64,000 bases of DNA from an uncultured Gemmatimonadaceae bacterium (GCA_963740355.1 CAVUDW010000003.1:1248001-1312000), one strand, 5' to 3'. Shown: positions 1 through 10,245, counted from the first letter of the stretch. A program made the numbers and translations. Notes: a model not told the origin generated them from the sequence alone.

Positions 1-2
1 AT

Positions 3-1610
3 CCTGCACCGGATGGCTTGTCGGTGTATTTCCGAGATGTGACGGACAAGACGCGGTCCGACGAGCGTCTCCAGGCGAGCGAGGATCGGCGACGGCTGGC
101 GCTCGATGATGCTGAACTGGGCGCGTGGAACATTGATCTGGCGTCCCGATCGACCGTGACGGACTCACGATTCCGCGCAATCTTCGGCACGACGGAGGAG
201 TGGTCTGACGGCCAGCAGATCTTCGGCTCCGCCCATCCCGAGGACCTCCCGGCGCTGCGAACGGCGGTCGACGCCGCAACACGCCTCGACAACCCGCTAC
301 CGCTCGCCCTCGAGTACCGGATCCTTCACCCCGACGGTTCGCTCCACTGGGTCTTCGCCAAGGGACGATCGACCATTGCCGGGGATGGATTCTCGCGGCG
401 CGCCATGAGCTTCGACGGGACGGTTGCCGATATCACCGATCGGAAGCTCGCCGAGGAAGAGCGGGAGTATCTCGTGGGCCAACTGCAATTGCAGGACAGA
501 CGCAAGGACGAGTTCCTCGCAACTCTCGCCCACGAGCTTCGCAACCCATTGGCGCCAATCAGCAATGGGCTGCAGATCATCCGCCTTGCGGGATCTACCG
601 GAATCGTCGAACAGGCCCGCAGCATGATGGACCGTCAGATGACGCAGATGGTGCGACTGGTGGATGACCTGCTCGACATCAGTCGCATCACGCGCGGCAA
701 GCTCGAACTGCGCAGGCAGGCAGTCGCGTTGCGTTCCGTCGTCGAAATCGCGGTGGAGATTGCGAGCCCGCTGATCCAGCAGGCGAAGCACGAACTCACG
801 ATCACCGTCCCAGAAGTACCGATCATCGTGAATGGCGACATGACACGGCTGGCCCAGGTGCTCTCCAACCTGCTCACGAATTCGGCCAAGTACACGCACG
901 ACGGGGGGCATATCCACCTGACCGTCGAGCGCACAGGGGACACGGTCCTCGTCGCGGTGAGGGACAACGGGATCGGGATCCCAGCCGCCATGCTCGGGCA
1001 CGTGTTCGAGATGTTCACGCAGGTCGACCGGACGCTCGAGAAGACGACGGGTGGCCTGGGTATCGGCCTGTCGCTCGCCAAGGGTCTGGTGGAAATGCAC
1101 GGAGGGAGTCTCGAAGCCCGCAGCGATGGCGAAGGCCTCGGCAGCGAGTTCAGGCTGCTGTTGCCCGTTGCTGTGCGTGATGACGGCGACCTCGCGCTCC
1201 TCGGCGGCAAGCACGTGCCTGTCGCAGCGGCCGTCAGCCGGCGGATCCTGGTCGTCGACGACAACAAGGACGCGGCAGATTCATTGGCTCAGCTGCTGGA
1301 AATGCTCGGCAACGAGGTTCGCACGGCGAACGACGGCGAGGCTGGTATCACGGCGGCCGAGACGTTTCGGCCTGACGTCGTACTGCTCGACATTGGCATG
1401 CCGAAGATGAACGGCTACGACGCCTGCCGTCGCATCCGCGCCGAGGAATGGGGACGCGACATGCTGCTGGTCGCCATGACCGGTTGGGGGCAGGCTGAGG
1501 ACAAGCGGCTTGCACAGGATGCCGGCTTCGAGGCGCATCTCGTCAAGCCTGTCGACCTCGAGAGCTTGCAGCGGCTGCTGGCGACGCCGACGCGGGACGC
1601 CGTGCAGTGA
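3..1610 (+). CDS. PAS-domain hybrid sensor histidine kinase/response regulator (5' truncated by window edge)
   Basis: PAS/PAC segment, H-box LAHELRNPL, N/G boxes (NLLTNSAKY, DNGIG, GGLGIGL) and C-terminal receiver (VVDD, DIGMP, KP). Frame is open to the window start. Confidence 0.93.
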   Translation, partial: PAPDGLSVYFRDVTDKTRSDERLQASEDRRRLALDDAELGAWNIDLASRSTVTDSRFRAIFGTTEEWSDGQQIFGSAHPEDLPALRTAVDAATRLDNPLPLALEYRILHPDGSLHWVFAKGRSTIAGDGFSRRAMSFDGTVADITDRKLAEEEREYLVGQLQLQDRRKDEFLATLAHELRNPLAPISNGLQIIRLAGSTGIVEQARSMMDRQMTQMVRLVDDLLDISRITRGKLELRRQAVALRSVVEIAVEIASPLIQQAKHELTITVPEVPIIVNGDMTRLAQVLSNLLTNSAKYTHDGGHIHLTVERTGDTVLVAVRDNGIGIPAAMLGHVFEMFTQVDRTLEKTTGGLGIGLSLAKGLVEMHGGSLEARSDGEGLGSEFRLLLPVAVRDDGDLALLGGKHVPVAAAVSRRILVVDDNKDAADSLAQLLEMLGNEVRTANDGEAGITAAETFRPDVVLLDIGMPKMNGYDACRRIRAEEWGRDMLLVAMTGWGQAEDKRLAQDAGFEAHLVKPVDLESLQRLLATPTRDAVQ

Positions 1611-1623
1611 TCCACACACGGCA

Positions 1624-1656
1624 GACGGCCCGTTCGCAATAAGCGAACGGGCCGTC
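1624..1656. terminator. Stem-loop between convergent genes (likely bidirectional terminator)
   Basis: GACGGCCCGTTCGC-aataa-GCGAACGGGCCGTC, a perfect 14-bp stem. Confidence 0.75.
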
Positions 1657-1675
1657 GGTACCGCAGAAGCTGGAA

Positions 1676-4108
1676 TCAGTTACAGGTGGCTGCGTAATCG
1701 GCTGGATTGAGGTCCAGCACCACCACACCGCGTGCCGTGGCACCCACCGCCACGATCCGACTGCCGCGCACCGCCGTCTTGAGCGGACCGATGATCGGGT
1801 CCTTGATGGCGATCACGCCGACCCGCTGGAAGCAGCGGGTATCGAACACTTCGAGCACCGGCTCGCGTGAGGCAGCGAACGACAGGCGTGTGGCCAGCGT
1901 GCCGCCCGACAGGTTCGGCCCAGGCGCATTCAGCGGATGGAAGTCGAAGCCGGCATTTCCGCCCTGCGTCTGCAGGAGGCCGTAGAGGCGGAGGGTGTTG
2001 TTGAAGAGGTAGGTGGAGTCGGCACGGATGGCGAACAGTTCACCATCGGCACTGACGGCCACGCCACGCACCGGGGAGAAGGCGTTGGCGATGAGGTCGG
2101 ACACGTCGCTTGGTGGCGACACACCGGCATCCACCACGCTGAGCTGCGAGGTGTAGGTCGAGATCGCGCCAGTGGTGGTGTCCGTCACCACCTGCTGCGT
2201 CACGCGACGGAGGCCAGCGTCGATGTCGTAGGTCAGCGTACGGCTGCCCTTGGCGACACCACCTTCACCGAAGATTGCGCGCTTGAAGTTCGCCGAGTTG
2301 CGGACGAAGGTCGTGTCGCGGAATCCGATGTCGGCCATCGTCACGAGGAAGCCGGCATCACGCGTCGGCTGGCCTGGTGCATCCATCCGGATCGGGAACG
2401 GCAGCAGCGTGGAGTCGGAGCCGTAGGTACCGGAGCGGAAGCGCACCACTTCGAGCGTGTCACCCTTGTTGTCCCGCAGGAAGGTGGCGTGTTCGAAGAA
2501 GAGGTGCGACGACTTGCGGGTGATGTTTTCCCAGCGGATGGTGCCCTTGTCGGCGAAGCCACCCGTCTGGCCACCGGTCGGCGTGGTGGAGAAGACGACG
2601 GTGGTTTCGGTGCAGCCACTGTTGCAGACGGCGCCGACGTACTGCGGACGATCGGAGAAGTCGACAACCGAGCGGGTGATGTTGCCACCCGCGACCGAGA
2701 CCTTGTAGGCCACGATGTTCGGCAGCAGGTAGCGCTCGTTCTCGAAGCCACTGCCATCAGGATTCAGCTGCACGAAGCTGAGGTTCGTACCGCCGGAGTT
2801 GGCGACGATCAGGCGGTTCTGCACCGGCCCGATCGGGCTGCCACGACCCGCAGGGAACACCGTGATGCCCCAGGGGCGCGAACCGACGGCGATCGGCGTG
2901 CGCTGGAAGTTCAGCGAGTCGAAGTTGAACACCTCGAGCTGGTTGCGCTCGATGTTCGTGAGATAGAGGCGACCCGTCGGCTCATGGAAGTAGCCGTCGG
3001 CCACGGCACCGCCGTTGGGCAGCGTGCGGGTGGTGCCGGCGACCAGCGTGATGGTGTCACGTGCGGTCGTCAGCGAGTCGTTCAATCGGCCTTCGGTGTT
3101 GCGAGCGAAGACGCGGAGGACGAGACGCGTTGCCGCGCCGCCAACCGGTGCCGGCAGGCTCATGCGGAGTGTGACCGGCACCGAGGTCGGGCCGCTCGCC
3201 ACTGCCACCGAGTCGCGCTTGATGGCGCCGCCAGCCAGGCTGCGCATGTCGTATCCGACGTAGCCGATGCCGACGGGGTCCTGCGCCTCGACGAAGACGG
3301 TATCCGTCGATTCGACGCGATCGGTGGTGCCGAAGCGTGCGATCTTCGGGATCGTCTGGCCGGTGCCCGAGGCGAGGACTTCGACCGGAACCGGCACTCC
3401 GGCGGTGCGCTGGCCGATGGAGTCGACGACGTAGGGCACGACACCGTAGAAGCCGGCGACCGCTGTGGCCGGAATCGCGAAGGTGAGCGTGGTCGAGAGG
3501 CTGTCCTGCAGCGGGCTGCTGTAGGTGACCGAGTCGCCAGCGATGGCCGTGCCACCGGCAGGCGGCGTGATGCTGAAGCCGACGATGCGGACCTTGCGCG
3601 TGGTGCGCGCCGCGAAGCCGATCACGACACTGCGACCACGCACCGCCTGCGTATTGCTCTGCGGGCTGGTAATCGCAATGAAGCCTGGCTGGCGACTGCC
3701 AACCGCCATCACCGTGGTGTCAGGCTTCGACTTGTTGCCGTTGCCGTCTTCAGCCCGCGTGATCACGGTGACCTGCGAACCCGGCGTGACGTTGCCCGGG
3801 ACGGCGATCGAGAATTCCTTCGTGTAGGCCGTGACGGCCGCACGCACGGTGTCGGCGACGACGCGCGAGATGGCGCCGCCGATCTCGACGTTCACGAACT
3901 TCACGCCAAGGTTGTCGTTGGCGTTGACCGTGACGGCGAAGATCGAGTCGGGGCTCGTCGCCCGCAGCACGGTCACACTGGGTGCCGTGCGGTCGAGCGT
4001 CGTTTCGTCAGTCGTGGGGTCTCCGCTGCCGCAAGCGGCAAGGGAGGTTGCGAGCACCAGCGGGAGCAGGTGCAGCGCGCGCGAAACCAGCGTCGGTTCT
4101 GTGCGCAT
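1676..4108 (-). CDS. Large lipoprotein with Ig-like repeats and a YVTN/YncE-like beta-propeller, downstream of pilQ
   Basis: Lipobox LAAC; DRTAPSVTV...ANDNLGV Ig-like motif; propeller-like segments LYLTNIERNQLEVF, VGSRPWGI, LIVANSGGTNLS; starts 3 bp after the pilQ stop. Confidence 0.7.
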   Translation of the reverse strand: MRTEPTLVSRALHLLPLVLATSLAACGSGDPTTDETTLDRTAPSVTVLRATSPDSIFAVTVNANDNLGVKFVNVEIGGAISRVVADTVRAAVTAYTKEFSIAVPGNVTPGSQVTVITRAEDGNGNKSKPDTTVMAVGSRQPGFIAITSPQSNTQAVRGRSVVIGFAARTTRKVRIVGFSITPPAGGTAIAGDSVTYSSPLQDSLSTTLTFAIPATAVAGFYGVVPYVVDSIGQRTAGVPVPVEVLASGTGQTIPKIARFGTTDRVESTDTVFVEAQDPVGIGYVGYDMRSLAGGAIKRDSVAVASGPTSVPVTLRMSLPAPVGGAATRLVLRVFARNTEGRLNDSLTTARDTITLVAGTTRTLPNGGAVADGYFHEPTGRLYLTNIERNQLEVFNFDSLNFQRTPIAVGSRPWGITVFPAGRGSPIGPVQNRLIVANSGGTNLSFVQLNPDGSGFENERYLLPNIVAYKVSVAGGNITRSVVDFSDRPQYVGAVCNSGCTETTVVFSTTPTGGQTGGFADKGTIRWENITRKSSHLFFEHATFLRDNKGDTLEVVRFRSGTYGSDSTLLPFPIRMDAPGQPTRDAGFLVTMADIGFRDTTFVRNSANFKRAIFGEGGVAKGSRTLTYDIDAGLRRVTQQVVTDTTTGAISTYTSQLSVVDAGVSPPSDVSDLIANAFSPVRGVAVSADGELFAIRADSTYLFNNTLRLYGLLQTQGGNAGFDFHPLNAPGPNLSGGTLATRLSFAASREPVLEVFDTRCFQRVGVIAIKDPIIGPLKTAVRGSRIVAVGATARGVVVLDLNPADYAATCN

Positions 4109-4111
4109 GAG

Positions 4112-6157
4112 TTAGCGACCGGGGTTGGGGGCCGGCGTACGAGCCTCGCCGTCGTCCAGGATGTGCGGGGACACAAGGATCACGAGATCGCGCTTCTGCT
4201 CATTCTTGCGAACGGTCGAGAAGAGGCGACCGAGGTACGGCAGGTCCATCAGGAACGGCACACCGCGGCGCGACTTCGTGACCTGCGTGATCGTGAGACC
4301 ACCGATCACCGCCGTCTCACCATCCGGCACCATCAGGGTGTTGTCGGCGCGCTGCTTGTCGAAGATGAAACCGACATCGGAGCTGGCCAGCGACGCTGAG
4401 CTGTTCTCGGCATGGATCGTCATCATGATCTGCCGGTTGTTCGTGATGCGCGGCGTCACGGAGAGCGAGATACCGACTTCCTTGAGCTGGACCGTGGCGC
4501 GCGGGATGTTGATCTGGCCCGTGCTCGATCCACCACCCGCACCGGCACCGGCGTCGAGGACGCGGATCGGGATTTCCTGGCCGACGAGGATCTCAGCCTT
4601 GCGGTTGTCGAGCGTGACGACGGTCGGCTCAGCCTGCACGTCGGCGAGCGACGATTCCTGCAGGGCCTGGATGAACGGCGTCAGCGAGTACTTACCGATC
4701 GCGGCGCTGAAGATCAGGTTGAGCGCCGGGCTCGAGATGCTCGAGTTGGCGTTGGCGATGGCCGAGACGACGTTGCCACCGAGGTCGACGCGGTCACCGA
4801 TGACCGGCTGCTGCACCTGTCGGAACGCATCCGGCACACCGTCACCGTTGCGATCGATCGGGATCTGCGAGACGACTTCCTGGCGCGGGATGACCGTGTT
4901 GAAGAACTGACGGGCGGTTCCGATGTCGTACGTGATGCCCATTTCCTGCAGGTTGCTGCGGTTGACGAAGATGATCTTCGCCTTGATCGCGACCTGCGGC
5001 GTGCGACGGTCGATGGAGCGGACGTAGCTGATGACGTCGTCCATGCGGCTCTGCACTTCGCGGATGAGCAGCGAGTTGGTGGCACTGTCGGCCTGCACAC
5101 TGCCGCGCACGACGCACCCGTTCGGCACGGCGCCTGGAGCCGTTGCACCGCTGGCGCCGGAGGACGGACCACCCGCACCTGGCACACAGTCCCGCGTCAG
5201 CAGTCCGCGCACCGTGGTGGCGAGCGAGCTGGCGTTGGCGTAGTTGACGCTCACGACCTGCGTGATGAGCGGCTCGAGCGACTGCTTGTCGAGCATGTTC
5301 TTGTAGGAGTCGACGATGATGATGCCGTTCGGCTCCTCGCTGGCGGCGAGACCCTGCGCGCTGAGGATGGCGGCGAGCGCCTCATCCCACGGCTTGTCCT
5401 TCACATCGGCGGTGATGCTGCCGGTGACATCCTTGCCGACGATGATGGTGCGGTTCGCGAAGCTGGCGAAGGCAGCGATCACGTCGCGGATGTCGGCTTC
5501 CTGGTAGCTGACGGTGATCCGCGGCTTGGGCGGCTTGCCACGCGATGCGGCGGGCGTGCCGACGAGCGCGGGCTCAGGCGTCTGGTACTGCACCTGTGAC
5601 TGCGACTCACCGGCGGAAGCGCGAGCGCTGGAGACGGTGGAGTCCATGACGGCGGTGGCGACTTCGCGCGTAGCGACCTGCTCGACGCGCTGTGCGGGCA
5701 TCGACTGGCCCGTGCTCCAGGTGGCGACGTCCTGACCGCCGGCGAGCGCGATCCGCACTTCATTGCTGCCGGAGATCGTGTATCGCGCGGCACCATCGAC
5801 GTCGATCACGACGCGGACGATGTCGGGGCGGTACTGCGCCATGCGAATGTTCTGCACCGGACCACGCGCCTGCCCATCGTAGGCACGCCCACCGAGCGCG
5901 CCGAGCTGCGAGCCTGGCAGGTCGAGCACGATGCGGTTCGGGCCCGCCAGCGTGAAGGCTGAGCGAGCGACGGAGTCGGTGAGCGTCACGGCGACGACAG
6001 TGCCGGACGAATTCGATTCGACGCGCACACCCTGGACGAGGGCCTGCGCGGAGCTGGTGGTCGGCGTGGCCGTCATCGCGGCGAACACCGCGACCCCGGC
6101 TGCCGCAACGCGATACCAGCTGCGCAGCAGCGAAGAAACGTGCATCCGGTTCATCAT
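4112..6157 (-). CDS. pilQ: Type IV pilus secretin PilQ with N-terminal AMIN domain
   Basis: AMIN motifs (PNRIVLDL, VRVVID), N0 (ITVSYQEADIRDV, PWDEAL), N3, and secretin core (PQVAIKAKII, GETAVIGGL, VPFLMDLPYLGRLF). Confidence 0.95.
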   Translation of the reverse strand: MMNRMHVSSLLRSWYRVAAAGVAVFAAMTATPTTSSAQALVQGVRVESNSSGTVVAVTLTDSVARSAFTLAGPNRIVLDLPGSQLGALGGRAYDGQARGPVQNIRMAQYRPDIVRVVIDVDGAARYTISGSNEVRIALAGGQDVATWSTGQSMPAQRVEQVATREVATAVMDSTVSSARASAGESQSQVQYQTPEPALVGTPAASRGKPPKPRITVSYQEADIRDVIAAFASFANRTIIVGKDVTGSITADVKDKPWDEALAAILSAQGLAASEEPNGIIIVDSYKNMLDKQSLEPLITQVVSVNYANASSLATTVRGLLTRDCVPGAGGPSSGASGATAPGAVPNGCVVRGSVQADSATNSLLIREVQSRMDDVISYVRSIDRRTPQVAIKAKIIFVNRSNLQEMGITYDIGTARQFFNTVIPRQEVVSQIPIDRNGDGVPDAFRQVQQPVIGDRVDLGGNVVSAIANANSSISSPALNLIFSAAIGKYSLTPFIQALQESSLADVQAEPTVVTLDNRKAEILVGQEIPIRVLDAGAGAGGGSSTGQINIPRATVQLKEVGISLSVTPRITNNRQIMMTIHAENSSASLASSDVGFIFDKQRADNTLMVPDGETAVIGGLTITQVTKSRRGVPFLMDLPYLGRLFSTVRKNEQKRDLVILVSPHILDDGEARTPAPNPGR

Positions 6158-6684
6158 GGTGCCCTCGTCGGCGTGATGGTCCTGGTCGAATCACCCATTG
6201 CAATGCTTTCCTGACGGCTGATACCGAATTCGTCGATCGAGAAGACGACGCGACGTGGTTCGATACTGGCCACGCGCATGCGACCGAGCGGCTGCCCGAC
6301 GCGTACGCGGTACTGCTCCTTCGTCTGTCGGTCGCGGAAAATTGCGATCGACTGCGAACCCGCCTGGCTGTGTGCAGCGTAGGCGATGCCGACCAGGGAG
6401 AGGTCGGCGATGGTGGGGCGAAGCACCCCGGTGGTTGCCAGCGACACGAATGGGTCGCGGCGTCCAGCGGCTTCGTAGGCGAACGTTTCGCGGCGATAGG
6501 AGAGCTGCTCCTGTCGAGCGACGGAGTCACGCTTCGCGGCCGTCATCGGTGCCGCGCCATCGCGACCCTTCGGTGCAGGCTCAGCGCGAGCGATGGTCTG
6601 CTGTGCTGCGAGCGGCGTCACGAGAGGAGCCGCGGCGACGAGCAGGCCGACGAGTGCGAGAACGCGGGTGGGCGCGTGCTTCAC
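6154..6684 (-). CDS. pilP: PilP-like pilus assembly protein
   Basis: Signal peptide, GRRDPF motif, LSLVGI...YRVRVGQPLG; lies between pilO and pilQ with 4-bp overlaps. Confidence 0.7.
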   Translation of the reverse strand: MKHAPTRVLALVGLLVAAAPLVTPLAAQQTIARAEPAPKGRDGAAPMTAAKRDSVARQEQLSYRRETFAYEAAGRRDPFVSLATTGVLRPTIADLSLVGIAYAAHSQAGSQSIAIFRDRQTKEQYRVRVGQPLGRMRVASIEPRRVVFSIDEFGISRQESIAMGDSTRTITPTRAP

Positions 6685-7325
6685 GGGGTGGTACCTCCAC
6701 GACGTGACGTCGAGACGGGCTCACCGCCGCGCGCGACATACGTCTCGATATCGAATTCCGTCTGGATCGGCGCTTCGGACGCCGGCATGCGACGACGGGT
6801 GCCGGTGCCATACTGCGGCGCGCCCGGGCCATCGGCGATCTTCATCTTCAGCACCATCGGCGTCACGATGCGTGGCAGGCTGCCAACGTTCGTGAGGAAC
6901 TCGGTCATGCTGTTGTAGCCGCCCTTGACGATCAGGCGATACCGATGTGCGTCGTAGTTCTCGCCGCCGCTCGACACGGGCTGCGGCTGTACGCTGGCGA
7001 TGTCGAGCCCAACGCGGCGCGCCGAGTTCGAGACCTGCTCGAGCAACCCTGGCACCTCGTTGACCGTCGGCACGAGCTGACGCATCACGGCGAGGTTTTC
7101 GGAGTAGCGCGCGGCATCTTCCTTCAGCTGTCGGAGGTTGCCGGCCTTCAGCTCGTTGGCGGCCTTCGCGTTGGCCGATGCCAGTGCGTCCACGTGAGCG
7201 GCCTGCTCCGTGATCGTCTCGGACTTCGGCGTGAAGACGTACATGTAGAACAGGACGCTGAGGCCGACGGCGAAGAGGATGACGGCCAGTAGGGACTGTT
7301 CGCGCTTGGTGAATGAGTTCAGCAT
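6681..7325 (-). CDS. pilO: Type IVa pilus biogenesis protein PilO
   Basis: N-terminal TM helix, coiled coil, LVPTVNEVPGLLEQV and GGYNSMTEFLTNVGSLPRIV motifs; operon position. Confidence 0.9.
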   Translation of the reverse strand: MLNSFTKREQSLLAVILFAVGLSVLFYMYVFTPKSETITEQAAHVDALASANAKAANELKAGNLRQLKEDAARYSENLAVMRQLVPTVNEVPGLLEQVSNSARRVGLDIASVQPQPVSSGGENYDAHRYRLIVKGGYNSMTEFLTNVGSLPRIVTPMVLKMKIADGPGAPQYGTGTRRRMPASEAPIQTEFDIETYVARGGEPVSTSRRGGTTP

Positions 7326-7326
7326 G

Positions 7327-8079
7327 TCAGCGCACCGACAAGGTGATCGGGACCGTCGTGACGGCCGCCGGGTCCGGCTTCTGGTATTGCACGTCGAGCG
7401 TGAATTCGGTGACTTCGCGAGCGTCGATCAGCATGACGTTCGACTTGTTGATCGTGACGTTCTGCACGAAGGGCGAGCTTTCGAGCACGCGCATGAAGCG
7501 CGTCAGGGCCTGGATGTCGACGGTGTTGCCGACGATCTGGAACGTGACCGCCGGTTCGGCGACAGGCTTGGCCTTGGCCGCGGAGTCTGCCTTGTGCGTG
7601 GTGTCGCGCTGCGGCAGCACGGGCTTGGCCGACAGCTGCGTGATCGTCGTGATCCAGGTGTACGGCGGCAAGGCTCGGCTGATTTCGTCGAGGATGTGCG
7701 GCCAGACGTACCGGCTGTCGTCGATCTGCTGGATGATGCCGAGCTGTGTGATCAGCGAATCACGACGTGCGATGACGGCCTTGCGCTCACCGATGACGGC
7801 CGAGAAGCGCGCGGAATCGGCGAGCTCCTGCTGGAGGTTCTCGTCGAGCTTGGCCAGCTGGCGATCCTGGTACCAGAAGCCACCGCCAACGCCGAGCACT
7901 GCCAGTGCGACGGCGATGCCGGCGACGGCGGTGATCATCGGGCGTGCCGGCGCTGGCGCGCTGTCGTCCATGGCGGCCTGCGAATCCTTGTTGCTCGAGA
8001 AGCGCGACAGGAACGCGAGGCCCCCGGACTTCTTCTTACCGGAGCCTTCGCCCGGGCTGAGCAGGTTGATTTCAATCAT
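7327..8079 (-). CDS. pilN: Type IVa pilus biogenesis protein PilN
   Basis: N-terminal INLL motif, TM helix, coiled coil, LDEISRALPPYTWIT, LESSPF. Confidence 0.92.
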   Translation of the reverse strand: MIEINLLSPGEGSGKKKSGGLAFLSRFSSNKDSQAAMDDSAPAPARPMITAVAGIAVALAVLGVGGGFWYQDRQLAKLDENLQQELADSARFSAVIGERKAVIARRDSLITQLGIIQQIDDSRYVWPHILDEISRALPPYTWITTITQLSAKPVLPQRDTTHKADSAAKAKPVAEPAVTFQIVGNTVDIQALTRFMRVLESSPFVQNVTINKSNVMLIDAREVTEFTLDVQYQKPDPAAVTTVPITLSVR

Positions 8080-8090
8080 GTGTCTGCTCC

Positions 8091-9140
8091 TCAGGCCACT
8101 TGGCGGAGTGCGAGACCGACCGGCAGCACCAGGAGCGACGCCACTTCATCGGCATTCACGTCGGCGAGTGCGCCATCGGCGACCGCCAGGTTGAGCAATG
8201 GGTTCACGGGCCGCACCGGGATGCGGAGCAGGCCAGCGAGGCGTTCCGCGAGACCCGTCACGCGTGCGCCGCCGCCGGCGATGTAGACCTCGCGGATCGG
8301 GCGCACGGTGCGCGACAGCGACTGGGCGACGGTGCCGGTCCGCTCGATTTCCTTCGCCAGTTCTTCACCGCGGCGATGCACGACGTTGTCGAGTGCCGGC
8401 GTGGTGGTGGCGGCGACGAGTGCCGAGTCGGCGTCGTCGGCGGTCATGCGTGCATCGCGCTGCAGGTCTTCGCGCAGGCGGCGAACGCCGACCGTGTTGT
8501 CACGGGTCAGGATCGGGATGCCGTCATCGAGCACGCTGACGTTGCAGACATCGTTGCCGATGTTGACCAGCGCCACCGTGCCGCGCATGGCATCGGGATG
8601 ATTGAATTCGAAGGCGTTGTGCAGGGCGAACGCCTCGACATCGACCACCTTCGGGTCGACGCCGGCATCCCGCAGCAGCTGCACACGCGCATCAATGAGG
8701 TCGCGCTTGGCGACAGCCAGCAGCACCGACATCTCGGCTCCTTCCCCGTCGGGATCGAGCACCTGATAGTCGAGTGCGATGGAGCTGGTATCGAAGGGAA
8801 CGATCTGCTCGGCCTCCCACTGCATGGCCTCGCGCAGTTCGCTCATCTTGTTGCGGTCGATCACGACCTTGCGGACGATGACATTGCCACCGCCGACGGC
8901 GGCCACAATGTGTGCGCCTTTCGTCTCAGCCGATGCCGCCGCAAGTGCATTCTGCACTGCGAGGATCACGAGCGCGTGATCCATGACTTCGCCTTCGACG
9001 ATTGCGTCGGCGGGGACTGGTTCGACGACGACTCGTTGCAGTTCCGGAAGGCCTTTGCCGTGATCAATCACGGCAATCTTGACCAGTCCTGAACCGATAT
9101 CGAGCCCGATCGTGACCTTACGTCGCTTGAAGAACGCCAT
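8091..9140 (-). CDS. pilM: Type IVa pilus assembly protein PilM (actin-like)
   Basis: IGLDIGSGLVK, VDVEAFAL, ALVNIG, IAGGGA, VGLALR; start chosen at ATG 9140 (MAFFKRRK). Confidence 0.93.
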   Translation of the reverse strand: MAFFKRRKVTIGLDIGSGLVKIAVIDHGKGLPELQRVVVEPVPADAIVEGEVMDHALVILAVQNALAAASAETKGAHIVAAVGGGNVIVRKVVIDRNKMSELREAMQWEAEQIVPFDTSSIALDYQVLDPDGEGAEMSVLLAVAKRDLIDARVQLLRDAGVDPKVVDVEAFALHNAFEFNHPDAMRGTVALVNIGNDVCNVSVLDDGIPILTRDNTVGVRRLREDLQRDARMTADDADSALVAATTTPALDNVVHRRGEELAKEIERTGTVAQSLSRTVRPIREVYIAGGGARVTGLAERLAGLLRIPVRPVNPLLNLAVADGALADVNADEVASLLVLPVGLALRQVA

Positions 9141-9312
9141 CGGATTTGGGGCCAGGTGTGACGAGACCCGAACAGGGTCACCGGGGTGGGCGGTGAGCAC
9201 GGCACCGGAGCACGAGACGTCGCTCTGAAATGCCTTCGACAGGTGGGTCGAATTGCACACAGGGAACGAATGGCGGGCGAATAGGTAACGTCGGCGGCAC
9301 TGTGCACCGGAG

Positions 9313-10245
9313 TCAGAAGGGACTCAGATGTTTCCAGGTCGCGGTTGGACCAGGACTTGTCACACGTTCCACCGCACGTCGTATTGCGCACGCGTCGTAC
9401 TGAACTCGGTCGCCCGGACCGAGCCCTGATTGCCCTCCACCCGCATCGCCAGTGAGCACCGCGCCGGTCACGTCGAGTCGACCGCCGGCGGGCTGCACGG
9501 ACCCCCGTGCGATGAGCACTCCCGAGAGTCGAAGGTCGGCCTCGATCCGGGCATCTGAACCGAACACGACCATTCCGACGATCCGTAACGGCTGCCTGAT
9601 TCGATCTCGGGTCAGCCGGTAGGCGCCGACGAGCGAATCGCGCACGGTGTCGGGATCCACGGCCGGGAAGGCCGAGGAGTCGAGCCGAGTCGGGAAAGGC
9701 GTGGTTCGGGTCGGAGCGACGGTGCCCGGTGGTCGGCAGGTCCGTTCCGGGCCTGTGGGCAGCGGAACCTCGACCGTGGCTGCCGGATCGAGGAGCCAGC
9801 TGGAGACTCCTGTGAGTGCCGCCACAGGGATGTCGATCGGGCTGACGAGGGGAATGACGGTCCGCCGGTCGGACCGCCCCGACACGGCCGGCACGCCGCT
9901 CCGCTGATCTCCGAGGCCGCGGGCGACAAGCGTTTCCCAGCTGCTCCGTCCGAGCTGCGCCGACCACCGGCCACGTCCTGCGCCTCCGCCCCCGATTCGA
10001 AGCGACGTACCGGGAGCATCGAGCGTGTGCCAGGCACCCTCGCCGACCTGTTCCAATGCCAGGAATCGCGCCGAGTCGGCGAGGGCATCGGCGGTGGCGT
10101 GTGCTCGCTCGAGCGCCACGGATCGTGGGCCGGCGGCCGCCACACGCCAGAGCGTGATCGTGCAGATCCCCACGACGGCCGAGATGACGACGGCGAGCAG
10201 GAGTGCGCTTCCGGCGCGCCGGTGAGGGTCAGCGACTTCCGACAT
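9313..10245 (-). CDS. PilX-like minor pilin
   Basis: Class III signal RRAG|SALLLAVVISAVVG lacking Glu5, as in PilX; start at ATG 10245 overlaps the end of the upstream gene. Confidence 0.65.
   Translation of the reverse strand: MSEVADPHRRAGSALLLAVVISAVVGICTITLWRVAAAGPRSVALERAHATADALADSARFLALEQVGEGAWHTLDAPGTSLRIGGGGAGRGRWSAQLGRSSWETLVARGLGDQRSGVPAVSGRSDRRTVIPLVSPIDIPVAALTGVSSWLLDPAATVEVPLPTGPERTCRPPGTVAPTRTTPFPTRLDSSAFPAVDPDTVRDSLVGAYRLTRDRIRQPLRIVGMVVFGSDARIEADLRLSGVLIARGSVQPAGGRLDVTGAVLTGDAGGGQSGLGPGDRVQYDACAIRRAVERVTSPGPTATWKHLSPF

Noticed and set aside
1937..4399. Long antisense ORFs (for example 1937-4399, 12005-13543, 17735-19126, 27423-28832, 53679-55307)
   Set aside because: These are shadow frames opposite well-supported genes, expected in high-GC DNA, with no recognisable motifs.
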